A stretch of DNA of 63,664 nucleotides, the filler included, from Nitrospirota bacterium (lineage in GTDB: Bacteria > JACPQY01), in NCBI GenBank assembly GCA_016180645.1. It is 3 parts of 3 records of this genome, joined end to end, with 100 filler letters (N's around TTAATTAATTAA, not from the genome) between each part and the next. Parts side by side here need not be neighbours in the genome. Positions count along the whole stretch, not along the records: positions 36,498 to 63,664 come from JACPAV010000042.1; 2 more parts are not named here. One strand, written 5' to 3'. Positions within the stretch are counted from its first letter, which is position 1; each line of letters opens with the position of its first letter. Below, piece by piece: positions 50,701 to 57,036 of the stretch. Position numbers and translations under genes: made by a program. Below the pieces are notes generated by a model, which saw only the letters and a list, made by a program, of their open reading frames with translations, ran no database searches and had not been told where the DNA came from.

Positions 50701-50936
50701 ACGCGAATGCTGGCACCCGCGAGAGGGGATTTGGATTCCGAGTCGGAAAGCTGGCCGACCAGTTGGGTGGTGCCCTTGGCAGCCGAAGATGCCTCCGACG
50801 CACCGCCGGACAGCTTTTTCCCCATGATCCGGCCTCCCTTGGATTCGCAAGAAGAGAGGCTGATGAGCAGAGCGGCAGCCAAGAGAATTGTGATAGCAGA
50901 AGCCAAGCTAAGCGGGCTCCTCCCCCGAGGATTCAT
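44706..50936 (-). CDS. Giant surface lipoprotein 1 (carboxypeptidase-regulatory-like domains, PKD/Ig, MopE-type Cys repeats, FN3, two RCC1-type propellers)
   Basis: Lipobox SLSSC; repeated ExCDGxDNxCxGxxDE; FN3 (LSWTDNSANEDGF); about 14 CWGxNxxGQLGDG repeats. Confidence 0.88.
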   Translation of the reverse strand: MNPRGRSPLSLASAITILLAAALLISLSSCESKGGRIMGKKLSGGASEASSAAKGTTQLVGQLSDSESKSPLAGASIRVTSIDDPTKIASATTDGQGNFAVESPSGNVSVVADMAGYAPQAQVMELAAGTKQVPLSVQPVQFVQSLAISESGTAELKAPDNSISVQIPNAAAALGTSGPVKAEVVVGNPREASSEFPGGFVAVQGVRGGVRGGVRGASKRAVKRANGETVGESVELASVVYANITLRDEAGNAIPKLNSPADVKLKIPTGSLNPKTGAPYVIGDSIEVWYIDEALGTWVPELDEAGNPVVASVVEDSGVQFMQFKAKHFSWWNVDQAVDTHHCVRGRIVDACGEAVKNLHVCSQGKSYPSAFCNGTYGWSNKKILPTGDDGKFCLDVMRNGTLEIQAGQGVDNPSWGTIKMKEILARKDVTAPDTASTCVTPSEACTDVGDILIAPPKLREVRGKVQESGGKGVAGAVVNGGGTSATTDDKGAFSLALAAADAVDLTISQNPMAAYYPQSYLKFAPAKQTIAVPGFTPGPGECVSAPPVEIGVVEVKKADVGCVRGKIEDDAGNLLKNTSVMAGSSYAASDQGGNYCLETAPAEVDLNFNYYDRGKSKNHKKSQKVKIVGGGNCGGGQTKCVLADIVMEVGDSCVSGTITDQKGKAVNGASVRVGSQMVATDANGKYCVIAPTKQKVKVKVKHSISAKGGGGSDVEADEEVETGGAAACGACVVVDKSIDINSPPTVGELSIPKKIASPGESLVVSVTASDPDGDKLSYAWVASGGKLEKVKENPGKKKAPTSYKGDDPQAEWTAPSESGKYNLSVVVEDPKKGSGTATAEIQVGEDKDGDGFVAGVDCDDANAKAFPKGTEVCDGADNDCNGKVDDVPQSAISYKDADGDGYTDGGFVQGCAPTAGYVAVAKPGDCDDANKAKFPGNVEICDNLDNNCDGKVDDGLGGSSCSTTALGVCAAGTMKCSAGILACASSLAPGAEMCDGLDNNCDGKVDENTGGSFCSTTKTGICSGGTQQCQSGLLVCVQTLAQTSEVCGDGIDNDCNGKIDEICQCTNGTTQVCYSGPSGTNTIGACKTGSQTCSGGLWGTCTGEILPTSELCDGLDNDCNGTIDNGVSGGGSCTTAQPGVCAAGTQTCTSGSLVCASSLAPSAELCDNLDNDCDASSDEDFVNKGQACTAGQGACQSSGTFVCKADGTATQCSATVGNPGIEICDGIDNNCDGSTDEGGVCTPAAPSGLTATAVSSTQINLSWTDNSANEDGFKVDQKIGAGGSYAYLGPASANVITMSIAGLTPSTQYFYRVYAYTGANNSAFSNEANATTSGGGGPTGGNIQAVTAGSDHTCVLAADGTVKCWGWNDYGQLGDGTTLDRNMPLAVSTLSGAIAVAAGIHHTCGLMSDGSVKCWGSNGAGQLGDGTTADKPTPAVVSSLSGAVAVAGGGNHSCALLSDGTVKCWGYNFTGQIGDGTSLYSLGSSRPTPVAVSTLSGGVAVTGGDAHACSLISNGTAKCWGFNNLGQLGDGTTVDRNTPVAVLSLTGAVTIAGGSQYTCSLILDGTVKCWGYNAYGQLGDGTTVDKITPVPVSSLTGAVDIWAGSAFTCSILSNGTVKCWGKNNVGQLGDATTIDRSTPVVVSNLSGAVALAAGDVHACTVLSDGTARCWGNNTVGLLGDGTTNETMVPVAVTNLSGPLGVKLPRLHESSSGRGGPGRPWRLGLAEGEGHVCALLSDGTAKCWGGNSDGQLGDGTTSNRSTPVQVSSLSSSTAICGGAYYSCALGSDGTVRCWGENNNGQLGDGTTTNRYSPAAVSTLTGVIAMDCGGDETIVSGHVCAVISDGTAKCWGANNYGQIGDGTLTTKKTPAAVPSLSGLVGISAGDTHTCGLKSDGTVMCWGWNVNGQLGDGTTIQRLTPIPVASLSAVVGISASYQHTCSILSTGIVKCWGQNTAGKLGDGSGLGKTLPTVVSSLTAAVAVIGHHDHNCALLADGTVKCWGDNSNGQLGDGTTAGKSTPVQVSNMSNSVGLVAGGRHSCAVVADGTARCWGWNYRGQIGDGTTITRLTPVPVVGLP

Positions 50937-50942
50937 GCCCGA

Positions 50943-51015
50943 ATTGTGAGGAAAATTGGTATCAATGTCAAGGCAGAAATCACGCCAGGGGCGCCACTTG
51001 GTGACGGAGGTCACA
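50943..51015 (-). promoter_or_regulatory. Leaderless-type promoter with CRP/FNR-family box
   Basis: TGTGA-N6-TCACC, 28 nt, TTGACA-N17-CACAAT-N6-ATG. Confidence 0.75.
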
Positions 51016-51072
51016 ATTCAAAATATCTGGAATCCACCCTGCCTGAGTGGAGGATGGGAGCGGTCGACGCAG

Positions 51073-54000
51073 CTACGGAAGAAGAACCTGGACCGGTGTG
51101 TCTTTCCAGGCCATTCCGTCGCCGATCAATCCTGAGTTGTTGGATCCCCAGCAGGAAAGAGTGCCCGGCGATTGTACGCCGCAGGAATGGATTGACCCGA
51201 CTGTGATCGAAGTCCAATTTGTGGCCGTGCCAACCTGCGTGGGGGCGAGTTTTTGTGTAATGGTTCCGTCGCCGAGCTGGCCGTACGAATTGATGCCCCA
51301 GCATGAAAGGCTTCCCGGCGATTGGATCCCGCAAGTGTGACTTGGGCCGGTGGTGATCGAAGTCCAGCTTGTCGCCGTGCCGACCTGGGTGGGGGTGAAT
51401 CTTTGCGTCGTCGTTCCGTCACCGAGCTGACCCGATCCATTCTGGCCCCAGCACGAGAGGATGCCCGGCGATTGGACGCCGCAGGTGTGTGTGTAGCCGG
51501 TGGTGACCGAGGTCCAATTTGTGGCCGGCCCGACCTGCACGGGGGTGAGTTTCTGAATAGTCGTTCCGTCGCCGAGTTGGCCGTACGCATTGATGCCCCA
51601 GCACGAGAGTATGCCCGGCGATTGGACGCCGCAGGTATGGGTTGAGCCGGCTGTGGCCGAGGTCCAATTTGTGGCCGTCCCGACCTGTACGGGGGTGAGT
51701 CTTTGCGTAACAGACCCGTCGCCGAGTTGACCGTAAGCGTTCACTCCCCAGCACCAAAGGGATCCCGGTGATCGTATGCCGCAGGTGTAGCCTGAGCCCG
51801 TTGTGACCGCGGTCCAGTTCGTGGCCGTTCCGACCTGCACAGGGGTGAGTTGTTGCGTAACGGAGCCGTTGCCAAGCTGGCCGTAGCCGTTCAACCCCCA
51901 GCACCAGAGCGTACCGGTGGATTTGACGGCGCAGGTATGCAATGTCCCGGTCGAGATCGCAAGCCAGTCGGTATTGGAGCCCAGTTGAACTGGAGCCGCC
52001 CGGCTGGAGGTCGTCCCGTCGCCGAACTGTCCGTAGAGGTTTATCCCCCAGCACCACGCCGTTCCAGTGGCCCGCCGAGCGCAGGAATGGTAGTAGCTTG
52101 CCTGCGCCGTCGTCCAGTCTGAGGCGACTCCGACGGTGACAGGGATCTTGTAGTTCGGCAGGCTTCCGGACCCCGTTTGGCCCGAGGTGTTGTCTCCCCA
52201 ACATTTCACCGAGCCATCCTGGAGTCGGGCGCACACGAACGAATCCCCCCCGCTCAATTCCACCACACCGGTCAGACCGATCACCGCAACGGGAGTGGAC
52301 GATGCGACGGTCGAGCCGTTTCCCAATTGCCCGTTGGAATTGGATCCCCAGCATTTGACGGTTGAATCGGAGAGAAGGGCGCAGGAGTGACTATCCTCGG
52401 CCAGGACGGCGACCGCTGAGGATATTCCCGAGACGACGACGGGAGTGGTCCCGTATCCCGAACCCCAGCATTTCACGGCGCCATCCGCGAGAGCCGCACA
52501 GGCGTGGAATCCTTCCGCGCTGACGCCGACGGCCGTGGAGATTCCAACCACGGCTACGGGCAAGTTGGACAGCGTGACGGAACTTCCATCGCCCAGTTGT
52601 CCCATGCCGTTGTCGCCCCAGCACTTAACGGTAGCGTCGGCCATCAGAGCGCAGTTCGAAGATTCATCGGTGGACAGGGTGACGACTCCCATCAGCCCGA
52701 CGACACTGACCGGAGTGGTTGAATTCACGGTCGTGCCATCGCCGAGTTGCCCGTCATAGTTGGACCCCCAGCATCGAACGGTGGAATCGGCGAGGACGGC
52801 ACACTGATGGCTGGCTCCCCCGTCCACCGCTTTCGCACCCGTCAGGCCCGAGATGGTCGCAGGCGAGCCTGAGTTCGTCCAGCATTTCACAGAACCATCC
52901 GACAAAACCGCGCAGTTGTTGGATGCGCCCGATCCGACGTTCTCGACGCCCACGAGGCCGCTCACTTGAACGGGTACGCCGCCGAAGGCGCCGCCCCAGC
53001 AGCGCACCGTCGTGTCGGCCATGATCGCGCACGTTTGACTCCAGCCCCCGTCCAGCCGTTTCTGAACGAAACCCGCAGGCGTGGTCCCTCCCGCTTCGTT
53101 GGAGTAGGCTGAGTTGTCCGCGCCGAGGAATGCAGCCACACGATAGGTGTACGTCGTCCCACCCGAGAGACCCATGCTGGAGTACGACATAATGTTTGGG
53201 CCGACCGTGGCAAGGGCTGCAAAGGCGCCGCCGCCGATTTTCTGCTCGACCACGAATCCCGCCTCGTTTGAAGCGTTGTCCGCCCAGCTCAGATTGATCC
53301 GGGAGGACGAGACGATGACCGCCATGAGATTGCTCGGAGCGGCAGGGGCGCAGATGCCGCCTTCGTCCGTGCTGCCGTCACAGTCGTTGTCCATCCCATC
53401 GCAAATTTCAGTAGCGGGAGCGCCGGGAATCGCCGAGCATTCCGTCCCGGTTCCATCAGCCTTGCAGGAGAAAGTCCCTGTCGACTGGCACGCCCCCTGC
53501 CCCGCCGAGCATGCCTGTCCCTTGTTGGTGAATTCCTCATCTGTGCTTCCATCGCAGTCGTTGTCGAGGTTGTCGCAGATGTCGGCACTGGGCGCGAGGC
53601 TTGAGGCGCAAGCCAGGCTTCCTGCCGTGCATTGCTGCGTGCCCGCGGAGCAGACTCCCGCCTGAGTCGAAGTGCAACTCGCAGCCCCCAGCCCGTTGTC
53701 CACCGCGGCGTCGCAATCGTTGTCCTTGCCGTCGCACGTCTCCAAAGCCGGCAGAACTTCTCCGGTACAGTTTCCCCAAATGCCTCCCGCACAGGTCTGC
53801 GTGCCCGCTTTGCAGGATCCTACGTTCCTCGTGCTTGCTGCGCCGCTGTAGCAGGACTGGCTGCTTCCATCGCTGCACTGGCAGACTTCATCGATCCTGC
53901 CGTTGCAATCGTTGTCGATCCCATCGCCGCACACCTCGGAGGTTTGCGCGAGGGTTTGAACACAGACCAGACTGCCCGACCGGCACTGCTGAGTCCCCCC

Positions 54001-56862
54001 CGCACACAGACCGCTCCGACCGGTGGCGCAGAGCGTTCCGCCTGTGTTTTCGTCCACCCTTCCGTTGCAATTGTTGTCCAGGCCGTCGCAAATCTCGGCG
54101 CCAGGCGCCAGGATCGAGGCGCAGGCAAGAATTCCGGCGGTGCACTTCATCGTGCCCGCAGCACAGACGCCAAGGGAGGTGCTCGCACAGGACGATCCGC
54201 CGATCCCTTCGTCCACGCTTCCATTACAGTTGTTGTCGACTCCATCACACGATTCCGTCGCTCCCGGATACACGGCCGGATTGGAATCATTGCAGTCGGT
54301 CCCTGCGGGCGATTTGTCCCCATCTGCATCGACGGCCACTTCGATGTCCACGGAGGCCATGCCGGTTCCTTTTCGATTGTCCTCGACTCTCACGCTTACC
54401 GTGTACTTGCCGGATGACGACGGAGCTTTCCAGGCAACCGCCGGGTCGGGACCTTTCAGGCTGGAGGGAGCCCTTCTGCCGCCGCTCGAAGTAATCTTAC
54501 TGAGATCACCATCCGTAGACGTCCAAAGGAACTGGAGCGGGTCCCCCTCGGCGTCCGACGCGGTGGCCGTGACCACCACCTCATCACCGGGTTGGGCCAC
54601 TTTCTTTGAGGACTCCAGTTTGGAAACCACGGGCGGCTCGTTGATGGTCAGGGTGCGATTAACGATGGTGCATCCGCCTCCGCACATTCCCGCCGATCCG
54701 GTCTCGACGTCCACCTCGTCTTCAGACTCGCTGCCGCTCGTTCCCTGCCCGCCCGAGGCATGCTTGAGCGTCACCTTTACTTTCTGTTTGACCGGCGCCA
54801 TGAGGCAGTACGCGCCGTCCGGCCCGGTGGTGACCATGGTGGAGCCCGCGCGCACGGTTGCGCCCGCCACGCCCGCGCCTTTCTGGTTGGTGACGCGGCC
54901 GCTGATGCAGGCGTCGCCCAGTTCAACCTCGATGTCGGCATGAACGCACCGATCGGACTCTCCGCCGCACTGGCCGCCACCGACGATCTGCACGCCTGAT
55001 TTCTTGTTGTGCATGCGGCCCCGGCCCTTGTCGTAATAAGTCAATTTCAAGTCCTGATCGCCCTCGAGCGAGGCCAGGCAGTAGTTGCCTCCCTCATCGG
55101 ATTGAATGGTCGAACCCCCTATGGAGACGGTCGCCCCGGAGATGGGCCGGCCGGCTTCATCGAGCAGTTTGCCTCGGGCGCACCCGGTCTCCGTGTCAAG
55201 CGCGACCGTGCCCAAATCGACAGCCGCGAGGGCATCACACTGGCCCGGCGAGGGACTGACGCCCGGAACGGAGATCTTGTTTTCTTTCCTGCCTCGAAGG
55301 GCGCCTTCCGGGTGCGTAATGCTGAGAAGCAGATCGTCGCCGGGCTCCGTTTCAACGCTGAACAGGCCATTGGCGTCCGCCTTGGCGAGCCGTTTTCCCA
55401 GGGAGACCACCGCTCCGGGAACGGGGACTGCGCCGGCACCAACCACCTTTCCGCTCACTTTTCGAAGCGTTGGAGTGATGGAAACGTCGCCCAGATCCTG
55501 ACATGCAGCGCCTGCGTCGGCGCACGTACCCACGGTATTGGACATCGTGACATTCTGTTTCGTGAACGTCTCGGTGAACGAAAAGTTGAACCAGCCCCAC
55601 TGGCCACCGACGCCGGTTTCCACGCTGATCGTGCTGCCTTTCAAAGCGTCCAAACAGAACTTCCCGTTTTCCCCCGTGGGCTCCTCTTTCTTGTCGACTC
55701 CCCCACCGAACTGGAGCGCAGCGGTGCCCAACACGCCATTGCAGGTGGCCCCGTTGAAGGTCACGCCGTTCCCGCAGACACGAATATCTTTCTTGGGCTG
55801 CCCGCATGGATCGATCACCCGGCCGCGGACGCAGCTTCGGGTGGAGATAGGCTGATCGAGGTTCCACCAACTGAAGTGCCGCGCCATGAACTCACTGTAG
55901 AGCCCGTCATCCCCCTGGACGACGGTTCCCAGCACCTGTTGTCCACCGTCGTCCAACTCCGGTACCCACGTGCCGAGTGTTTCGTCCACGTAGTACGTTG
56001 GGACGGTGTCGCCAACCTTGAACGGCACACTCGTGGCCGGATTCATCGATCCGGTGGGGATTTTCATGCGAACCTTGGCAGGTTGCTTGAGGGAGCTGAT
56101 GATGTTGCCCTCTGAGTCGCGCAAGGTAATATTGCCGAACATGATGCTGGCCAATTCGACCACTTCACCGATCGGCTCTCCCGCCTTGCGCACAACGGCG
56201 CGCTTGGACCCCGCGCGCAATCCGCCTCGGAGGCCGGCGCTCACGGCCATGAAGCCACCCGGGAATGCATCGCGGTCCTGGCGGGGATCGCCCACGGTAA
56301 TTTCCGCGCGGATGGGTCCGGTCGCGCCGAGAGCTTTGGAAGGATCGGTGATTTCGATACTAAGGCTGTTGCCAGGCACTTTCACGGCAAGCGACTTTGT
56401 GTCCGCGTCGATCACGGTTTCCTGCATGAACGTTACGGGTTGGGCCCTCATCTGGACGGTGTTCGCGCCGGGGCTGAGTTGGAGCACTTGGGCCTGTGGA
56501 GCAAAGCCCTCCTTCTCTACGGAGATGGAGGCCGTCCCTTCGCCGCCGAGGGTCAGGCTGAACAAGCCCGTTCCATCCGTTGTCCCTTCTGCAAGCACGG
56601 ATGGATCCAGCACGGAGACGACCTTGACCTTTGCGCCGGCGATGGCTTCACCGGATTCCATGTTTAGCACCCGGCCCACGATATCCGAGCTCCGGAGGAC
56701 TTCCGTCGTCTTGACCGCAGTCGCCCCGTTTCCGGTGAGGGTTGCCCCGAGAATACGACCTCCCTTGCCTTGGCAGGAAGTCATGCTCAGAATAAGCAGG
56801 AAGGCAAGGAACAGCGAAACCATGGACGCCAGACTCAGCGGATTCTTCCCCCGAGGATTCAT
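51073..56862 (-). CDS. Giant surface lipoprotein 2, paralog of 44706-50936 with different propellers
   Basis: Same MNPRG..PLSLAS leader and domain order; lipobox SMTSC; RCC1 repeats of QVGTATNW type. Confidence 0.88.
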   Translation of the reverse strand: MNPRGKNPLSLASMVSLFLAFLLILSMTSCQGKGGRILGATLTGNGATAVKTTEVLRSSDIVGRVLNMESGEAIAGAKVKVVSVLDPSVLAEGTTDGTGLFSLTLGGEGTASISVEKEGFAPQAQVLQLSPGANTVQMRAQPVTFMQETVIDADTKSLAVKVPGNSLSIEITDPSKALGATGPIRAEITVGDPRQDRDAFPGGFMAVSAGLRGGLRAGSKRAVVRKAGEPIGEVVELASIMFGNITLRDSEGNIISSLKQPAKVRMKIPTGSMNPATSVPFKVGDTVPTYYVDETLGTWVPELDDGGQQVLGTVVQGDDGLYSEFMARHFSWWNLDQPISTRSCVRGRVIDPCGQPKKDIRVCGNGVTFNGATCNGVLGTAALQFGGGVDKKEEPTGENGKFCLDALKGSTISVETGVGGQWGWFNFSFTETFTKQNVTMSNTVGTCADAGAACQDLGDVSITPTLRKVSGKVVGAGAVPVPGAVVSLGKRLAKADANGLFSVETEPGDDLLLSITHPEGALRGRKENKISVPGVSPSPGQCDALAAVDLGTVALDTETGCARGKLLDEAGRPISGATVSIGGSTIQSDEGGNYCLASLEGDQDLKLTYYDKGRGRMHNKKSGVQIVGGGQCGGESDRCVHADIEVELGDACISGRVTNQKGAGVAGATVRAGSTMVTTGPDGAYCLMAPVKQKVKVTLKHASGGQGTSGSESEDEVDVETGSAGMCGGGCTIVNRTLTINEPPVVSKLESSKKVAQPGDEVVVTATASDAEGDPLQFLWTSTDGDLSKITSSGGRRAPSSLKGPDPAVAWKAPSSSGKYTVSVRVEDNRKGTGMASVDIEVAVDADGDKSPAGTDCNDSNPAVYPGATESCDGVDNNCNGSVDEGIGGSSCASTSLGVCAAGTMKCTAGILACASILAPGAEICDGLDNNCNGRVDENTGGTLCATGRSGLCAGGTQQCRSGSLVCVQTLAQTSEVCGDGIDNDCNGRIDEVCQCSDGSSQSCYSGAASTRNVGSCKAGTQTCAGGIWGNCTGEVLPALETCDGKDNDCDAAVDNGLGAASCTSTQAGVCSAGTQQCTAGSLACASSLAPSADICDNLDNDCDGSTDEEFTNKGQACSAGQGACQSTGTFSCKADGTGTECSAIPGAPATEICDGMDNDCDGSTDEGGICAPAAPSNLMAVIVSSSRINLSWADNASNEAGFVVEQKIGGGAFAALATVGPNIMSYSSMGLSGGTTYTYRVAAFLGADNSAYSNEAGGTTPAGFVQKRLDGGWSQTCAIMADTTVRCWGGAFGGVPVQVSGLVGVENVGSGASNNCAVLSDGSVKCWTNSGSPATISGLTGAKAVDGGASHQCAVLADSTVRCWGSNYDGQLGDGTTVNSTTPVSVVGLMGVVTLSTDESSNCALMADATVKCWGDNGMGQLGDGSSVTLSNLPVAVVGISTAVGVSAEGFHACAALADGAVKCWGSGYGTTPVVVSGISSAVAVLAEDSHSCALLSDSTVKCWGSNSNGQLGNGSTVASSTPVAVIGLTGVVELSGGDSFVCARLQDGSVKCWGDNTSGQTGSGSLPNYKIPVTVGVASDWTTAQASYYHSCARRATGTAWCWGINLYGQFGDGTTSSRAAPVQLGSNTDWLAISTGTLHTCAVKSTGTLWCWGLNGYGQLGNGSVTQQLTPVQVGTATNWTAVTTGSGYTCGIRSPGSLWCWGVNAYGQLGDGSVTQRLTPVQVGTATNWTSATAGSTHTCGVQSPGILSCWGINAYGQLGDGTTIQKLTPVQVGPATNWTSVTTGYTHTCGVQSPGILSCWGQNGSGQLGDGTTTQRFTPTQVGTATSWTSITTGPSHTCGIQSPGSLSCWGINSYGQLGDGTITQKLAPTQVGTATNWTSITVGSIHSCGVQSPGTLSCWGSNNSGLIGDGMAWKDTPVQVLLP
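51090..52130 (-). repeat. 150-bp intragenic tandem repeats (RCC1 blades)
   Basis: CCCCAGCA recurs every 150 nt from ~51146 to ~52046. Confidence 0.85.
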
Positions 56863-56868
56863 GTGCGC

Positions 56869-56941
56869 ATATTGAGGGATTCCATTTTTGTTGTCAAGTT
56901 CAAAATCACGCCAGCGCCGCCACTTTGTGACCACTATCACG
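56869..56941 (-). promoter_or_regulatory. Leaderless-type promoter with CRP/FNR-family box
   Basis: CGTGA-N6-TCACA, 28 nt, TTGACA-N17-CAATAT-N6-ATG. Confidence 0.75.
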
Positions 56942-56984
56942 CTTTGGAATATACCTAGTTCACCCCATCAGGGATGATCTCCAA

Positions 56985-57027
56985 CGTGACTTACATCACT
57001 GACAGAATATTCCAAACAAAGTATACT
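56985..57027 (+). promoter_or_regulatory. Class II CRP-type promoter
   Basis: CGTGA-N6-TCACT centred at -41.5 if TATACT (57022-57027) is the -10 element. Confidence 0.65.
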
Positions 57028-57036
57028 GGGCTAACT

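Noticed and set aside
50937-51014. Conserved 26-aa N-terminal extensions on giants 1 and 2 (VTKWR.WRDF.LD)
   Set aside because: The similarity is better explained by a duplicated promoter (CRP box, TTGACA, -10); the signal peptides start at MNPRG.
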